43,648 nucleotides of DNA from an uncultured Bacilli bacterium. Its GTDB lineage: Bacteria; Bacillota_I; Bacilli_A; RF39; UBA660. Every line of letters starts with the position of its first letter. Position 1 is the first letter of the stretch. The DNA lies in contig CANRAA010000002.1 of assembly GCA_947628485.1 (NCBI GenBank), positions 1 through 43,648 of the forward strand, given 5' to 3'. This document shows, in pieces, positions 42,162 through 43,648 of the stretch. The notes below the pieces were generated by a model. The model saw only the letters and a list, made by a program, of their open reading frames with translations, did not search any database and had not been told where the DNA came from. Made by a program: the position numbers and the translations under genes.

Positions 42162-43103
42162 TTACTTCTCTTTAATTAATACTTTTTTATAACTATTTAA
42201 GTTTTTTGTTTTTACAATTGTTCCATCACTAAATCCTAATTGCTCATCTTGGTTTTCACCAAAATGAAAACCCATATCTGTTGCCCCACGATAATATAAA
42301 TAACCATAATCGCATTCGTCTACATATGACGAACGAAAATAAGATTTTATATATTTTTCGCTTTGCGCTCTAGCTATATTCATTTTTAAAATAAAATAGC
42401 GAGAATGAGTAGGAGGTGAAGGTAATTTTTCCCACTGTCCAAAGCCAACCGGAGCCTCCTCTTGAGGTAGCCCATAAATACGGGTGGAAATATGATCACC
42501 AACTCTATTTATATAATATTCATCCCAGATTCCCGCATAAACGGTATCTTTTTTTCTGGATATACATAAGTAAGCCCAAATAAAGGGGATAACACACTCT
42601 AAGGTTTTTGTTTTAAGATTTAATTTGTATGCTCCCCATCTAAGATTATTATCCGAAACTGCTACCATACCATTTTTATAATTACATATTTGATTAATTT
42701 CTATTTCTTTATCTATACAATATATTTTTTCTTTTTTTATATCAATAAAATTATAATTATTATTTTCTATAACTAAGGAGATTCCTTGAGAAAAAGGGGT
42801 AGCATAACTGAATGTTGAACCATTAAACAAAAGTTGTCCTTCTAAATCAGTATAAAAATAAAATATATTATCTCTAGTATTATCTTTAGAATGGGTAAAT
42901 CCTACACTCCATAAAGCCACATTTTCTTCAACACTTTCAAGATATATTCCGTGTTCTCTAATATAACAGCATTTCATAAAATATTCATATTTTTCATCCC
43001 TTGTTGTTGCTTGTCGGTCTAACAAATATAAGTTTTGTAAAATTCTTTCTTTAACCAATTTTTGTTTACCCTCAAGTTTTACTTCCCATTCTAATATATT
43101 CAT
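42162..43103 (-). CDS. Hypothetical protein (possible WG/KWG-type beta repeats)
   Basis: 313-aa ORF with weak repeat hints (LRWGAYKLN...). I make no firm family call. Confidence 0.45.
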   Translation of the reverse strand: MNILEWEVKLEGKQKLVKERILQNLYLLDRQATTRDEKYEYFMKCCYIREHGIYLESVEENVALWSVGFTHSKDNTRDNIFYFYTDLEGQLLFNGSTFSYATPFSQGISLVIENNNYNFIDIKKEKIYCIDKEIEINQICNYKNGMVAVSDNNLRWGAYKLNLKTKTLECVIPFIWAYLCISRKKDTVYAGIWDEYYINRVGDHISTRIYGLPQEEAPVGFGQWEKLPSPPTHSRYFILKMNIARAQSEKYIKSYFRSSYVDECDYGYLYYRGATDMGFHFGENQDEQLGFSDGTIVKTKNLNSYKKVLIKEK

Positions 43104-43342
43104 ACCAAAACCTCCATATATATTTTAACTTGAATTTCAAGTCCATGTAAACTGAGAGAAAAAATTATTTATTCAAATTTCCCCCAAAAACAAGCAACTA
43201 AAAACCAATTTCTAATTATAGTTTATCAAAAAAAGATAAGAATAGCAATCAATGTTATTAACTTAGAATAGAAAAAGCATGTAAATTCTATTCCTTTTGA
43301 ATTTTTTCTAAAAATAAAAAGAAGGTTAGCAAATTTATTTTG

Positions 43343-43648
43343 TTAACTCTCTTTGTTATCAATTTTTTTACTAACGTCTTTTAATGTTTCTAAATATGCT
43401 TTTTCCACAGGGCTAATTTCTTTTACTTGATATTTTCTATATTCACATTTTGCTTTTTTTATTGCCTCATCGTGACTTATAGTACCTGCCCCAATTAATG
43501 TATTTTCTCCTGTAGTAGATAAAATGGAATCAAGTTCTTTTATATAATCTTCCATATACATTTGTTTATGTCTAATTGCTTGAATTTCAGCAAAATCAAA
43601 GTATCCTGATACTAAATTATTTAAAATTTTTAATTCTTCTTCTGTTAA
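43343..43648 (-). CDS. RhuM-family virulence-protein-like protein, C-terminal part (gene continues beyond the window edge)
   Basis: The frame stays open upstream of the ORF-track Met to the window end (LTEEELKILNNLVSGYFDFAEIQAIRHKQMYMEDY...). The C-terminal GAGTISHDEAIKKAKCEYRKYQ...SPVEKAYLE pattern is typical of RhuM-like proteins. Confidence 0.6.
   Translation of the reverse strand, partial: LTEEELKILNNLVSGYFDFAEIQAIRHKQMYMEDYIKELDSILSTTGENTLIGAGTISHDEAIKKAKCEYRKYQVKEISPVEKAYLETLKDVSKKIDNKES

Noticed and set aside
1-43648. An alternative genetic code (UGA as Trp), considered because of the Mollicutes-like AT richness
   Set aside because: prfB (RF2) is present and uses the UGA-dependent frameshift site. 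Long ORFs such as pheT, ftsH and the 1131-aa gene terminate cleanly under the standard code.

Overview
This is an AT-rich chromosomal segment from a low-GC Bacillota organism, with nearly all genes on the minus strand. It uses the standard genetic code: RF2 is present with its UGA-dependent frameshift. spo0A is also present.

Housekeeping genes I recognise are pheS and pheT (behind a Phe T-box leader), rubrerythrin, an ER/archaeal-type (SipW-like) signal peptidase, secG, ftsH, tilS, prfB, spo0A and pgk. A NUDIX hydrolase, an FAD-dependent protein and a secreted thioredoxin-like protein are also recognisable.

Several unusual accessory modules sit between these genes:
1. Three tandem mTERF-repeat genes lie between the Phe T-box and pheS.
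2. Three mosaic paralogous surface proteins carry SipW-type signal peptides, and each is divergently paired with XRE regulators. Their 3' tips are G+C-rich and hypervariable. Downstream of one paralog sits an orphan, Asn-codon-rich fragment that looks like a DGR template repeat, but no reverse transcriptase is visible.
3. An operon encodes an XRE-HTH::CYTH fusion followed by two unknown paralogs.
4. An approximately 1131-aa protein with a class-I (archaeal CCA/polymerase-beta type) nucleotidyltransferase C-terminus is translationally coupled to prfB.
5. A type-I toxin-antitoxin-like module pairs a 35-aa hydrophobic peptide with a convergent short transcript.
6. Arrays of Spo0A-box-like TGTC(G/A)AA repeats with 10-bp phasing occur at several promoters.
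7. One protein consists of twelve perfect-period 28-aa repeats.
8. The right end is a small accessory patch (RhuM-like, GNAT, DUF3800-like, a decayed Panacea/DUF4065-like gene, a Cys-rich mini-protein).

I saw no rRNA, tRNA, CRISPR array or transposase. All domain calls come from motif recognition by eye, not from database searches.
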